Source: Chrysomallon squamiferum
Taxonomy: Eukaryota > Animalia > Mollusca
Length of the DNA stretch: 64,000 nt
Assembly: GCA_012295275.1 (NCBI GenBank)
Contig: CM022671.1
Span: 11,904,001-11,968,000, forward strand
Reading direction: 5' to 3'
Positions within the stretch are counted from its first letter, which is position 1. Every line of letters begins with the position of its first letter. This document shows, in pieces, positions 27,513 to 42,398 of this stretch. The notes beneath the pieces were generated by a model that was not told where the DNA came from, did not search any database, and saw nothing but the letters and a program-made list of their open reading frames with translations. Position numbers and translations under genes: made by a program.

Positions 27513-29538
27513 TGGAACACACTGGACTTCTTTTCCTACCCAGCAGGAAGAGAAAGTGAAAACAGTATTAACTTAATTTAAAAATGAAAATATGTAATTG
27601 TTAAATGTAAACTATTGAGTTTCAGTTTCCGACAAAGATTCTGAGAGTAGTGTGTTAAAATATAAATCTCTAAGAATATTATGACTTTGGCAGTTTTTAA
27701 TAATGTATATTGTAAACTGTTTCAGTCTGAAAGTTCCTGGCAGAAACTTGGTGAGAGTAATGTGTTTCAGAGAATTGAAGAACCTGCTCTCTATGTGCTG
27801 GAATCAGTAGAACTGGAGTTGTCATTGACAACCACACGAGTTGACAATGATGAAGTCATTGGAAATGATTTTACCTGCCCTGTAAGACTAGTTAAAGGTA
27901 TGATATTTTGTATATTTGTCTATTACTGGAGATAGGTTTGTCTATGTTGTCAAATTAAAAAATTATTATATTTATGTCCTTTGTTTCACTGGAGAAAGGT
28001 GAGAATTTATAAAGCAAATAATGAGTGTAAAAATAACTTGCTGCATTTATTTTATTTCCTGTTAAGACACCAACCCCTGATAAAGTCATGTAAACGATGT
28101 TATTTTTTTTAAAATTTAAAAATGATATATTTTCAGATCCTTTTGTAGTTTCTGGGTGTTTTATTTTTCTAAATTTAAAAAATTAACTTTATTATAAATT
28201 AAGCTGAAATTTTGTTTTGTGCAATTACTTACTGCAGCTATGTACTTAAGTAGTAACACATTTTTCCTTTCTTATTTCTTCAATTTTTCATTATGTCTAT
28301 AAAATAATCTGTTTACTGTAAATAATTTTGAAAGCACAACACATCAGTCGTCTAGTAAACAATTAGACCTGTGTATGTGCTATTTACAAGACATTGTCAT
28401 AAGTTATAACACATTCATTAAATTCCAGTGAAAAGTTAGACTGATTTTAAATAAATAACATTTTTGTTTAATATTAATAATACTAAATTCATTCAGTTGA
28501 TATAATTCAAAATATATAAAAGATGTATGTTAATCATTTTCAAGAACTTGATTTCATACTCATGTAAATGTTCAGTTAAATTATTTATTGCCAGAACCTT
28601 TTTAAATATCAGAATCTTTACAGTTAGTAATTAAACAAACTTCCAAAACCACAAGATGATAATGTTATATATCATTCATGTCAAGAATGATTCTTGCAAA
28701 TCAGTTGTTTTTAATCTGATGATGACACTGACTCTCATATCAGTGTAGTGATACAGTGATATGATACATTAAGTCTGAATTGCAGTATTTATGGTTTTTT
28801 ACCCCTTGCATCATTACATCACAATAATAATTATTGCTGACTTATAGATTATTGGTTAACAACACTTCTTTTATATGTTAAATATCAACTTTATTGCTAA
28901 GAGGTTATGTTTTTTGGTTTTTTTAGTATGGTGTTGAGATTTTTTTGTTGTTTTTTTAATTTTTTTTAGTGATTAAATCTTGTAGATGAAACCTGATCAG
29001 CAAGGATTATGTAATTATCTATAAAATTATAATAGCTTTAGGCAGGAACTCAATTTAATGGCTTACTATAACCTTAAAGGCATCTCATATCAGTAGCAAG
29101 TGATGTTTACATGTATACATGTTCCAGAGACAGTTAAGTACACAGGTTTGATTGACCACTAAGAGTAATTAATCCTGAGACAAACAGCACCTGAGGCAAC
29201 TAGTGTAACATTGAGATATAATTTTTTAAATATTTTAACCAACAATGGGCTTATCCTTTTAATATAATGAATAAAGTATGGAACAGTTAAAGAAAAATAA
29301 CTAATTAAATAATAAAAAATAGTGTTTACTGTATACTGAGTTTTAAAATTTTGTGTATATTAATTGATATTAATTGAATCCTTCTTTTGTACGGTAACTT
29401 TTTATCTTTATATATGACACAATAAAATAGTTTTAACAAAAACTAAATTTATCCTCTGAATAACATGATCAAACTGAGTTATAATTTTAAAAAAATTATG
29501 TTTTCATTATTAAGATTTTCTTTTCTTCAAAATTTCAT

Positions 29539-29581
<43 letters not shown>

Positions 29582-32500
29582 TAAAGTTATTTATTTATTA
29601 TTGAAACGTAAAAAAAATGTGTTTATATATATATTTTTAAATACATTTTTATAAAGTTTTAAATTCAATAAACTAGGCATTATTTTTGTTTTGTAAAATT
29701 ATTTTAACGTTATTTAACAGTGACCTCAATCCATGTTTGTGTTCTCCTTTTATTAGGTAACTTTGTTTTCTTATATGTTATCAGTGCAATTCTAAGAGAA
29801 AGAAAAATAATTTATTCAATTTCTCTTGTATGGGAAGGAAGACTTAATCATTGGTGACAGTTAGCAACATTCCTTTGACAGTGGTTTCCGTTAAGCAAAA
29901 TCCTTTTGAAAACAATTTTTTATTGTTCAGAGAGAGTAGAGAGATTTGTCAGTAAATGCTGGTTCCACACAAGCAGAAGTTAATTAACGTCATACATGAT
30001 AATATGATGACATATAAATAGATTGTAGATGTCACTGGTGACAAAACATCTCAAACATAATACCATGCAGAACAGTTTCTTCAGCTGACCTTTTCGTGTG
30101 AACTCTCTCAGTCTTGGTCAACTGTTGTGCAATAAATTACCATTGTATGTGTGGTAACGTTGCTTGGATTAGACAAACCAGTCATTGGGGATATTTGAAA
30201 GCCATAAAGAAGGGGCGTGTTGGTGTATTGTCATTGTAAATCTGTCAGATGAACTCTGAGATAAGGCAGCATATTGGCAGAACTTCATATATCATTTTTT
30301 TTTTTCCATGCCACCTAATTGTTTCCAACTCAAACACAAGCATAGAGACAGAAAAAAATAAAATAAAATAAATAAGCAAATGAATATTTAAAGTTTCCAA
30401 CTTTTGAATTATATATCTGATTGCTTGATGTAAAATATTCCATCTAAGTGAAACCACTTGTATCCTGTTTAAATCATTTACTTTTGCTTGATAATCTACT
30501 AAAAAAAAGTTTTGATTTGCAGGGGAAACAACTGTTCATTAATATATCAACTAATTCTTTTGATAATAAGTCACTTTACTCTATCAATGCATGTAATACA
30601 GGTTTTATGATTTAATATCAGATAAATTTAAAACTAAAAATGTTATTAAACTTTTTAATATTCTTTGTTGCTTTCTAATATTCTACATAATCTTTTTACA
30701 TTGTGTCAAAAAATATTCTTGATACACTGAATTTTAGAGAGTAAACTTTTATAAAAATTATATAAAAAGATATTAATATTGTCACATGCATTTAACTAAT
30801 AAAATATTTTTCCCTTTAAACTTTTGTTAATATGTTGTATATAAATTATTATGAAATGTTTGTTGAAATCTATTTGAAGTATAATTTTACTATACTCTCC
30901 CAAAAAAGAAATGCAAAATGGTTGATTTCTTAGATAACTATTGTAAACTGACACATATCAATGGTGCAAACTATGAATATAATGACATTTGGTGATTCAA
31001 ACGCATAGCTTTTGTTACAGTCGGCAAAAAGCAGGTAACACAAAATAAAGGCTATGATCGTGTTTATTAGCCAAAACATCCCCACTTGCAAACCACTTTA
31101 CCAGTGCAGCACATGAAACTTGAATACCAGAGTTATAAAAATGCAAGTTTTTCAAATACTTCTGTTCATTATTTTTGTTCTGACCCACCATCAAACAAAT
31201 GCCACGACTGAGTAAACTGCATCGAAACAATGCCAATAAGCCATTTACAAGCTGGCAAATCCTTCTCAGCCATAGCCTGGATGTTCCATGTATCTTCAAG
31301 CACCATCTTGAGATTGTGGTATCAGTTACAGCAACACCAAACAAGACATGATCAGGTAGACCATGTGTAACCACCAGGGCCCAGGACCACTACATACGGG
31401 TACTTCATCTACAGGAAAGAACCACCACAGCAACCTCTACTGCTTCAGCAATACCAGGTCAGTATAGAATATCGGCTCAGACAGTGCACAGTCATTTACG
31501 CGAGGCAGGTATTCGAGCCAGACGGCCTGTAAGAATAGTGGTTTTCACTTAACAACATCGTCAACTACGACGTCAGTGGTGTCAACTGCACAGAGTATGG
31601 CCTCAGTTACGATGGAAAACTGTCTGGTTTAGTGACGAGGCTCGATTTCTGCTTCGTCGAGCTGATGGAAGATGTCAAGTTTACAGATGTCGTTGTGAAC
31701 ATTTTGCTGCAAATTGCATACAGGAAGCAGACAGATTTGTTGGTGGTAATGTGATGGTGTGGGCAGCAATCTCATACACTGGCAGGACCAACCTGGTTCA
31801 CATCCAAGGCAACTTAACAGCACAGAGATACCGAGATGAAATTTTGCAGCCACATGTTGCTCCAATTATGAATAATGGTAATGCTGTATTCCAGCACGAC
31901 AGAGCAAGAACAGATACAGCCAAAATCACAACAGCGTACCTACACAACAATAACATTCAGGTCCTGCCCTGGCCCTCTAAACCTCCGGATTTGAACCCTA
32001 TAGAGCATTTATGGGATGAGTTGGATAGACAGCTGAGGCAGCATCAACCACAGCCACAGAATCGTGCTCAGTTGGCATTATTACTACAGTCAGACTGGGC
32101 CACCATTCCACAAGGTGTAATTCGTAATGTCATTACTGCCACGGGAAGGAGATGTCAGGCAGGTCTGGACTCCCATGGTGGGTCACATGGTATTGATATT
32201 ATACTGTTACAACCTTGAACTTTAACCTTTTCTATATTAATGAATTGCAAAAGTGTGTGTAAAATGTGAACATTCTGCTGCTTTCTGTTGATCCATTAGA
32301 TAGATATTCCCAATGTCAATAAAATCTACTTTTGCATTTCGTTTTTGTTAGAGTATATATTACTACTATTAAATCTACTAGAGCTGTTAGAGCTGCCACT
32401 AGTTACACTACAACACAACAATGCTGTTACACTAGTTTTTATACAATACAACAATACTGTTACATTAGTCTTTATACAATACTACAACACTGTGACACTA

Positions 32501-35500
32501 GTTTTTACAAAACTACTACAATCACATTATTACTGTTATTACCATCTGCAGTGTTCTTCATAGCAGGAAGTACAGTAATACTCATTTTTTATTTATTTAT
32601 TATTATTTGTTTTTGTTACTTCCTCTGCTTCTACTACTACTACTAATAATAATAACAATTATTATTATTATTATCATCATCATCATCATCATCATCATTT
32701 AATTGCTTTGTTTAGAACAGGCAGAGTCTTTTGTCAAATGTTTTTTAAATTTTTATTTTTTTAAGGAAGACATAATTAATGTGTAATAAAAAGAACAATT
32801 ACTTATGACATGTTTTTGTTTATTGCACAGACTGAACCATCATAAATTCTACCAAGTACATGTGTATTTCAAAAAGTATCATGCAATTAGTTTATTTTAT
32901 TTCAGCTACTTAACTAACTGAAATTTAAATAATTGATTTCATTTCACAGTTTCCCAATCCAGCCAATGCCCAATCTAGCCAATGCCCAATCTCCAGCCAT
33001 GTATGATATTCTGCTGATTAAAAACATTTTTGTAAAAATTATCTCTTGTTTCTGCATGGTTTCCTACCCACAAAATATTTAGAAAATATTTAGAAAAGTC
33101 AATGCTGATGTGTGCTAAAATATTACTGTCTTCCTTCATTATTAATAAGAATAGTTTTCAAAAAGAAATAAATAATCTTATATATTTTTTTGTTTTTTGT
33201 TTTTTGTCAATCTTACCAAATATGCACTCATTCATAGCTGTAACAGATATTATCACATTTCCTGATTTAACACCGCTTTATCCTACAAACTAATTTTGTT
33301 TTTAATCTTATGTCGTCTTCCATGTATATATTGATGGAGAGTTATTTGTTATAAAAATCATTGAAATTATTTTTGAACAAAGATGAAATAAATGTATCCT
33401 TACATATTTTTAAAAATGGTTGTTATTTTTGAGCAGATCGTGTGAACTCAGAGCGCTACCACTGTTGTCATGGTGCAGGTGTTCACAGTGTTGTGTTGCC
33501 ATGGATACAGAGCCTCTACACTTACCTTTCTGATTGTAAGTCTTCTGTTGTTGATTTAATAAGTCAAAGTGTATGTGTGATAAACTGTTTTCAAATGTTA
33601 ATAACATTTAGTATCATTTGTATCTAATTTAATTTAATCTAATTTTACACATTTTATAATAATAGAATACATTTATTTTTTTTCATTATAGAAACAAAAT
33701 TATATTTAAATAAGCAAATAGAAATTCATAAATAGAAATGTATACATATATGTGATTTCATATTTCGTTTTATTTTTGTGTTTTGTTTTGACAGTATTTT
33801 TATTCTGCGCTTTTTGATGTTTCAGTTGAAAGTGAACGTATTAGTCTTGCAGAAAATGAAGAATGTGTTGTTGAGCATCTTATCTGCACAAAGCCTTTAT
33901 CTGCAAGGTTAGGTTTTCTGTAAACCTTCAGTTCAAAAACAAAACAAAAATATTTTGTTTTACAAGTTTTAATATTGTTAGTATATTTTTTATTTCAGGC
34001 AGTCATCATATTTGTATTCTCAGAACCACATTACGGCAACATCATTTCCGCCATTTATACATGAATAAGATACAGAAATGCTTGTTTATTTATATAAATA
34101 AATTCTCAGAGAATTTCCATATATCTGCAAAACATAACATTTATATATATCTCATTCTGAAAGTTGCACTTATACATTTTGGTTAAGTGCAATAAGGAAA
34201 ACAGTTTTCTCTTTGCAATAGTATGATAACTTAAAAATGTACATTAAACTATATGTTTTTTTAAAGATAAAGATATTACTGTAAGAAGAATGTTTTTAAT
34301 AAAGTCGAACTAATTTAATATAAAAGTCTACTAAATATATAACAGATAAAGTATATTAAAAAAGAAAAATAAACAATGTTTTTAGAAGAGGTCAGATTTT
34401 GGCTATGTAAAACTCCAATATCTGATTCACATAAATAATTACTTAATTTCATTTTATTTTAATCTTAATTTTTATTATTTGTTATTGATACCCTTTACCA
34501 TTTCAGTCCTCCTGCTCCAATCCTTGGTGTGGACATTGTAAATGACCTTAACCTAAAACCAACACTGCTTGCACTGACCAGTGACCTGGAGTTTGTAGCT
34601 CTTCCTCTAAGGTCAGTTTGTATGTTTTATTATCATCTTTGTTGTTGTTGTTGTTATCTCCATCTATTTACCATATTATTATCATCTTTGTTATAATTAT
34701 TACCAATATCATCATTCTGGGATTTTTAGAAATTATGATTTTTTTATAAATGCTAAATAACAAACCATTTTTATTGTGATTTAGTCACTATGGTATGTGA
34801 TCTAATAAAGATTTCTGTTTTGCATTTCAGAATGAAACATCGCAGTCCCAGCCCTGTGCTGTTTTCAGACTCGCCAAGTAACACTGTGGAATCACCATTG
34901 AAATCTCTCAACAGGGAACCATTTGATAAACATATTGCTAAAATTCTACGTCGCAGCTCCTCAAATCCTTTACTTAAGTAAGTGAAATCAGTAAAACACA
35001 TAGTATCGTTCACGTGTTAGCAATGTTTTTAATCTGATATCACTGAGAATTTTCAAGGTAAATGCATTTTTATAAAGACAGTTCAGACAACACAGATTCA
35101 CAGCATTTGCTTTATGTGGCATAGGTTTCTAATCTATCCTCTTTTGAACAGTCAGTTGTTGCAAATTTGTATTGTTCCTCTTTGATTTCTGTTCTTAGCA
35201 TTATGTTACAAATGAGACAAATACCTGAGAAATAAACTGATATTTAAAATTAGTTTCAGTAATGGCAGATATAAATTTCTGGTTTTTGCTTTACTCTTCC
35301 ACTGTAATATTTTCATATTTAAAGATGGTTTTGTTATAGGTCAGATAAAAATTCTGGTTTACTCTTTCACTGTATTATTTTTTTATATATATACTTAAAT
35401 TATATTTGTTTTGTTTAAAGATCAGGTATGAAGTCAGAATTGTCACAGCAGGAATGTTTTCAGCTGCTGAGTCGAGCAACGCAGGTGTTTAGAGAGGAGT

Positions 35501-37505
35501 ACATCCAGAAACAGAACCTTGCTCATCATGAAATAGAAACTAGGTAATTACTGTTGCTGTAGCACATACTTTTTAAAAAGGTATATGCTAATCATTTTTC
35601 TAATGTGTGAGCTAAAACTAACTTTGCAAGGTAGTTTCCGGTACTAATTGACTATACCAAACATATTTTAACTTTGCCAAATATTCGTCATAATGTGATA
35701 ATCTTCATTTCTCATTTTCTTTTTTATTGGATAAAAAAAAAAAGTTAAATGTACTCAAAAGATTCATGGGATTTTTTTTGTTTGTTTTTTTAATTGCCTA
35801 TTATTCTGTGTTACCAGAGTCCGTATTTTGCAAGATCAAAAGAAGCTACAAACTGGTGAAATTCAGAGTCTAAAAGAATCCAGAAATATTTTGCGTGATA
35901 AAGCACAAACTGTTGCTGAAAAGATTGAAACTGCTAGGGAAGAACAAGAAAAAATTTTGAAAAGGTAAAACACCAACAACAAACTTCCACAGGTAGATTT
36001 TTATGTGTTTTACTCCTTAAATGAGAGGACTAAATGTAACATAACAGTTTGCTTAATATTTAGATAATAAATACTGATACAGTTTATTGTTTATAAATGC
36101 TGAGGTCTTTTTATAAATTTTTAAAATTTTTGAATTTATTTTTAGTTTAATAACAATTATTAGAACAATATAAATAACAAAGAGCTATTCACATTATAAA
36201 TTTTTCAGTTATGATCTTTATATTTTAAAATATTTGCCAAACTGATCAGAGTTAAACAATGCCACTATGGAAATAATTGGAGAACTCACCCTAGTTGGTT
36301 ATAGACATCATAACATAAACAACAATATGGCTACTGATCAGTTTAATGTGACCTATTTTAAAATTTTACACAAACTAATGTATTATTTCATTTAAAAAAA
36401 ATCTTTATGGTTTTCTTTTTCATTTAAATCGTAGAAAAATTCTAATGTTATTTTTAGACTGGAAATGGTAACTCGCAAGATTCAGGCACGTATTCCCATG
36501 TTGTCAGATGCTGAAAAGGCCATGCAGCGAGAACTGAAAATAATCAAGACAAATCTTGAAACATATCAAAGAAGTCTGGAACAGGTATTTTAAAAAAACT
36601 TTCTAATAGGTAGCAGGAAATTTAAAAATTTGTTTAATTACTTTCAAATATTAAAAAGTCTTTATTGTTAACAGGTTAATATCAAGCAGCAGTACCAGCA
36701 AAGACAGATATCAGAGAAATCTTCAGAGTTAGGCAAGAATTTTGGAGTGGATCAGAAACAGATTGTACAGCTAAAAGAAATCATAAAACAAGAGTAAGTT
36801 TTAAATGCTTCAATGCAGATATGATGATGTCAACATTCAGTCATGTCAAATGAATTGCACTGGTCTGCTTTATACATTAGCTCTTCCAGTTAAGAAAATA
36901 ATAATGTAAAAGAAATTTATTTTATAAAGTAAAATATTAATCACTGAAAAAAACCACCCAAAAAGAGAGATATGAAAGTCATCAGGTTAAGTTAAAGACT
37001 GTGTAATATTTTATGAAGATTAATAAAAGTTTTGTTAATTTACAACTGACAAACTTGATGAAAAGATTAGACAAGAAAAGGAGATGATGTATGCAGTGAC
37101 AAAGGTGTGATGCCTATTGTTCACTCAGTTTTAGCCCATGTCTGAATATTTGCATGGTCACCCAGTCTTCATGTATTAACACTAGTGTTATGTATTTACA
37201 TCATATTAAAAATGTTTATTTTGTATTAAAACACTTTCTTGTAAATACTCACAACAACATATCCCTCAAAAAATAAATAAATAAATAAAATAAAATAAAT
37301 TATTTGTTATTTTGCAAGCAGTAGTTTCAGAGAATTTTTATTTTTCTCCATTAAGGTTTGTCAAAAACAAGCTACACTTAGCCATTATTTAATAATAAAT
37401 TATCTTGATAACATTTTAAATTTTTTGGTGTTTTTTTTCAGAGGAGACGAAATAGCTGATCTGATGAAAAAAATAAATCAGTTGAAGATGGAGGCATCAT
37501 TGTGA
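22367..37505 (+). CDS. NUP88: Nuclear pore complex protein Nup88, complete 15-exon model, ~724 aa
   Basis: Exons 22367-22597, 25598-25767, 26102-26227, 26590-26862, 27163-27352, 27726-27897, 33437-33535, 33826-33907, 34507-34611, 34831-34977, 35421-35543, 35818-35964, 36458-36584, 36675-36793, 37442-37505 (TGA). All GT-AG with matching phases; total 2175 nt. Nup88 motifs: LPRRWGKFAEFEGG, LTSDNIF, LGETAVSFDFGP, GPLVMHPPADDNYG, LYVLESVELEL, RYHCCHGAGVHSV, VEHLICTKP, CFQLLSRATQVFREEYIQKQ, then a C-terminal coiled coil. AATAAA at 37694. Confidence 0.95.
23275..23340. repeat. (TAT)n microsatellite
   Basis: Direct reading; source of the poly-Tyr ORF at 23188. Confidence 0.95.
25352..25450. repeat. 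Compound (CT)n(GT)n(AT)n microsatellite
   Basis: Direct reading. Confidence 0.93.
30893..32355 (+). mobile_element. Tc1/mariner (DD34E) DNA transposon, full-length but decayed, in NUP88 intron 6
   Basis: 26-bp terminal inverted repeats TACTCTCCCAAAAAAGAAATGCAAAA (30893) and TACTCTAACAAAAACGAAATGCAAAA (reverse complement ending 32355), 23/26 identical. TA dinucleotides flank both ends (30891-30892, 32356-32357). Length 1463 bp. Confidence 0.92.
31199..32218 (+). pseudogene. Tc1-like transposase pseudogene
   Basis: ATG at 31199 (MPRLS...) goes out of frame early, and there is an in-frame TAA near 31549. Catalytic motifs VWFSDEARF, VMVWAAIS, FQHD and WPSKPPDLNPIEHLW are retained, with 34 residues between the second D and the E. 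Confidence 0.88.
32392..32522. repeat. Degenerate ~33-bp minisatellite, ~4 units
   Basis: Units resemble CTGTTACACTAGTTTTTATACAATACAACAATA and start ~35 bp after the right Tc1 TIR. Explains the spurious ORFs at 32332 and 32345. Confidence 0.7.
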
Positions 37506-38647
37506 AACACTGTTCATGTTTATTTATTTTGAATGTTTTCACTGCTGAACTATTTTTATTTCTTTATTTGTCAACTGCTCATTTAATTTCTTCATATACA
37601 AAAACAATTACAAGTTTGGTATAACTGGCAAGAAATATGTTTCAAACAAATAATTATGGAAGTCATTTAGACTGGCATCTCTTATATAAAATGAATAAAC
37701 ATTTGATTATTAACAACTGATTTTATTGCATCAGCAGTTTATACAAACTGAATTTTAAATACAAAAATTAACAACTGTTTCTTTAAAAGAAAATGTTTTT
37801 CTTTTTTAATATTATTATTATTATTTTCAGGTTTGTTCTTTCAAATACATTTTACTTAATATAGTATTGCCCGATTTTTATATTTTTTTATCAATAAAAA
37901 TTATTGTTCTATTAAGATTAAGAAAATCAACCTTAGATGAGAATGTTTATTACTGTAAATAAAATGATTTTGTGATGTTTTCTAGTGGTTGCTTTTTTTT
38001 TTTTAAATTGACTAAAAAACATTTTTTTCACATAAAAAAATAAATCTCTAATGAATCAGAAAATGCAACAAAAAAGAAGAAAAAAAATTTACAAAAATAT
38101 TTAAATATATATATATAAAAATCTCAGTAAAGATATAAAATGAACATGTTAAGCTCATTAAATAATTCTATATATTGTAAGAATGTTAACTTACATATTA
38201 CGAAACAGTTTGTATCTATTCAGAACATTAAAACAATGCAAATATTTTTAAAAATGCCTTTCTTCTTTTTTTCTCCATCAATACATGGAAGTGTGGGTAT
38301 TGATTCCATTTAACCTTTTTTTTAATTATAGAGTAAAAAAAAATTATGTTTGTAAGAAACAATGTTAAATCAGGAAATGTTCACAAAAAATGCTGTTAGA
38401 GCAGTTGGAGTTATTTGATATTTTATTGTTCAATCAAAATTATTATTTTTATTTTTATTTTTTTATATATTTATACACATACATATATACAATCACACAC
38501 ATTACATAAATCTAGATGTTCAGTGTTTTTTCTTTCCATCATCATAAGCTGAAATAGAAAATTGAAAAAATTAAAGTATTGCATTAATCACACAATACAT
38601 AACTGATAATAGAATATTTTTTAAAATGAATCTTGTAAATATAAAAC

Positions 38648-39833
38648 ATTAAGAATTTTATAGCTAGCCTTAATATGACATTTTAATTACAAATAAATGT
38701 GCAGATCATTATTTTTAAAATGTGAAAACTGGTAAATATATGGTAAGTAAACAGACTATAAAAGTTTCTTTCTGTCTGTTTTTCTCTGTCTCTCTGCATG
38801 TGTGTGTGCATGCGTGCGTGCACACTTACTAGATTTTCTCTCCACTATGTTCAGAAATTTGGACCACCAGACTGACCTCTTTTTTTCTTTGCCTACAGAA
38901 ACACGAAACAAAATCACTAGTGTTTTTCTTAATCAGCTGTAACTGCACTACACATCTTCAGTTAATATTATTATTACTGTTTGTAGTTTTGTTTTTTGTT
39001 TTTTTGTTTAGCTAGTTCTTAATGGATTGACAGATTTCTACCAGATGAGGGTTTTTTCATAATCTGAAAATAAAAGGTACAATTTAACACAGAATATAAT
39101 GTTGATAAATTGGCTGTTGATAGTGCAGTTAGTTAAAATAAATATAGAAATAATACATTTTAAAGTAAAAAAATTGTTATAGAAATTGATATAGTTTGAT
39201 ATTGATAATTAAAAAAGATCTTAAGATATAGTTTTTGATAATTAAGAATTTTATAGCTAGCCTTAATATGACATTTTAATTACAAATAAATGTGCAGATC
39301 ATTATTTTTAAAATGTGAAAACTATTAAATATATGGTAAGTAAACAGACTATAAAAGTTTCTTTCTGTCTGTTTTTCTCTCTCTCTGCATGTGTGTGTGC
39401 ATGCATGCGTGCACACTTACTAGATTTTCTCTTCACCATGTTCAGAAATTTTGACCACCAGACTGACCTTTTTTTTTCTTTGCCTACAGAAACACGAAAC
39501 AAAATCACTAGTGTTTTTCTTAATCAGCTGTAACTGCACTACACATCTTCAGTTAATATTATTATTACTATTTGTAGTTAATTTAAAAAAAATTTGTTTA
39601 GCTAGTTCTTAACGGATTGATAGCTTTTTACCAGCTATTTTTCTTTTCACAATCTGAAAATAAAAGGTACAATTTAATACAGAATATAATGTTGATAAAT
39701 TGCCTGTTGATAATGCAGTTAGTTAAAATAAATATAGAAATAAAACATTTTAAAGTAAAACATTTGTTACAGAAACTGAAATAATGTTTTTTTGATAATT
39801 AGAAAAAGATCCTGACATAATAGTTTTTTGATA
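38648..39833. repeat. Recent tandem duplication, two ~593-bp copies
   Basis: ATTAAGAATTTTATAGCTAGCCTTAATATGACATTTT... starts at 38648 and again at 39241. The copies align throughout with scattered substitutions and small indels. Confidence 0.92.
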
Positions 39834-39988
39834 ATTAGAAAAAATGCAAAGAAAAAACCCAACAATAAATCAATGATGATATTCCATATATGTGTATGTT
39901 ATTTTAAAAATATGATAGTAATATTATTGTAATTATAATATACAGTAACAATTTTTTTTCCAAATAAAAAATAAAAATTACAGCTCTC

Positions 39989-42337
39989 TTAAGTGAAAGA
40001 GTATGTAGTACTACCATCAGACACATTTTCTGACTGGCCTTCCACAGCACTGTCCTTTTCTTGTTCACTGAAATCCTGTAAAAAACAGAAACAAACATTA
40101 TTTGTCATAGCTCAGTATTTAAAGCACTGACACAAACTAGTATGGTACTTGTTAATGCTCCCCTTAACACTTAATCACAGGATTTTTAGAGGACCTTTAC
40201 TGTCTGGGGTCAAACACTGTACAGACAGAAATCTTCAATGTGCAAAGAATATTCCACGGCATTAAATAGTCCAGCACTGGTGTGAACGGGAAAAGGCAAA
40301 CAAATCAAAGTCTTACAGGACCAGCGTCATCAGTAGAAGATTCAGATTCGGATTCAGTAGATGAAACCAAAAATCCATGGCTCGATGCTGGAGATTCTGG
40401 AACACTGTTACAAGTCTTGAAAGAAAAAGAAAAAATAACAAGTATTAGCACCAGAAACATATAATAGTTGTATTACATTTTCAGTAAAACACAGAAGTGT
40501 GAAAAGTAATCTATATAGACTGATGAATAATATTGCAAATATTATTATTGGGTTATTTCATTATCTTTTTTACTATGAAGAAAAAGATACTGCAAAAAAT
40601 TATAATCATTGCTTTATTTAAATATCGATCTTTTGTTTATTTATTACACTGAAAGTTAATGTTTACTTTTTGTATTATTATTATCAGTTATTTCATTGGT
40701 TAATTTTAAAATATTATTTATTTATAAGCTGGTAAATAAGACTATAAAAGTGCTTAGAGCATCAGACCACCGTAGAAGAAAAACTTACAGAAGGTGAGGA
40801 ATAGTCAGCTACATACATTGTCAGATACATTCGAGGAGATAGCGGTGGGCTGTGTGATGAAGAAATCATGTTATCTTCCCCTTGTTGAATGAATGAGTAT
40901 TTATATAATAACATTAATTAAGTACATTATAATGTTAACATGAGAGAGGAAGTCATGCAGAAATTTCAAAGACAAATTCTTAATGATTAGCAGGAAGGAT
41001 TTTTTGTGTAAACATCTAACAGACAAGAAAATGTGTATTGTAAAACAAAAGCTACACTCTTCAAACATTAAATGCATACAATTTTACAATATATATTATT
41101 ATATGACCCGTCTTCAGAATAAAAACTTGCAATTTGAAAATATAAAATCGGGTAGAATTATTTTTAAATTTTATTTTTTTTATTTTTAAGTTGAAATATG
41201 GGACCTCATAATAATTTTTCTGTGCCTTTTGACAGTTTCACAGAAACAGTTTTCTTCAGAATAATATGTTTGATCAATTAATAATAATAATAATAATAAT
41301 AGAAATTGTTTTTGTTGTTATTATTTATTTATTTATATAACAACAACAATAATGATAATAACAAAATTTCTCCAATTTATTAATTTGAATGCAAATGTCT
41401 CATTATTTTTTTCATTTTGTCACATTAAATAATGTCGTAAGAAGAGAGTTTTAAAAATAAATTACATCATATTCACCAGAATGATGTTGACAGGAAGAAA
41501 CCGAAAATCCAAGACTTGAGGCTGGAGAGGTATCATCAGTCTGAAAAAGAGTTTAAATTATCTTTCTTTATTAATTTGTTTTATTAATTCTTTTAATAAT
41601 TGAATTATTATATGTTTATAATAATAATAATAATAACAATAATAACAATAATAATGAGGTAAGGAGGAGGATATTAATATTATTAAATAACTAATTAATT
41701 AATAAAATAAAAAAAAATAACATTTATGTCATATGGAAAAATAAGGCAAGAAAAAAGGCAAGGAAAGTTAAAATTAAGGTAGTTTACACTGGGTCATTAG
41801 TAACCAGACAAAAATAATTATTTACAATAAAATAAAATTTAAAATGTCACTTTGATTACACTGATGAAATAACAAAATCATTTCATAACTAAACAATATA
41901 AATATTAAAATAATTTATGAAATGAAATTTAAGAAAAGGTAGTATTTATTCATTTTTTGTCTTGAAATAAAATTATAAAAATTAAATAAATATTAATTTA
42001 AAAAATAATACTTTATAAACAAATAGATAATTAATTTTAAGTGAAATAAAGTAACAAATATAATAAATGAATTAAATGAAATCATTTTACTAATTATATA
42101 AATTGTTTCTTTGATCAAATAAATTTATATTTCAGTGTAGATTCACACATTTTCTGTTTATCAACCCTCAGAGATGATTTTTTCTTCTATGGAAAGGTAA
42201 TTACAAGAGACTTCTGAAACCTATTCAGTAAGAGTAACCCATTGTGTCACAGCATAATAAAATGCACTGCCTGTTAAATTCATTTATCCATATTTTTCTC
42301 TGTTTATTTTCATTTTATTTATTTATTATTATTATCA

Positions 42338-42398
<61 letters not shown>

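Noticed and set aside
33495-33508. X-box-like GTTGCCATGGATAC
   Set aside because: Falls within NUP88 exon 7 and is explained by the VLPWIQ codons.
40282-40464. Plus-strand ORF MNGKRQ...SSVEDSDSDSVDE
   Set aside because: It is the antisense shadow of the minus-strand exon 40415-40317, which has proper splice signals and phase partners.
42130-42275. Possible extra exon of the cryptic gene
   Set aside because: Acceptor-like sites exist on both strands, but the donors are weak or out of phase, so it was left out of the model.
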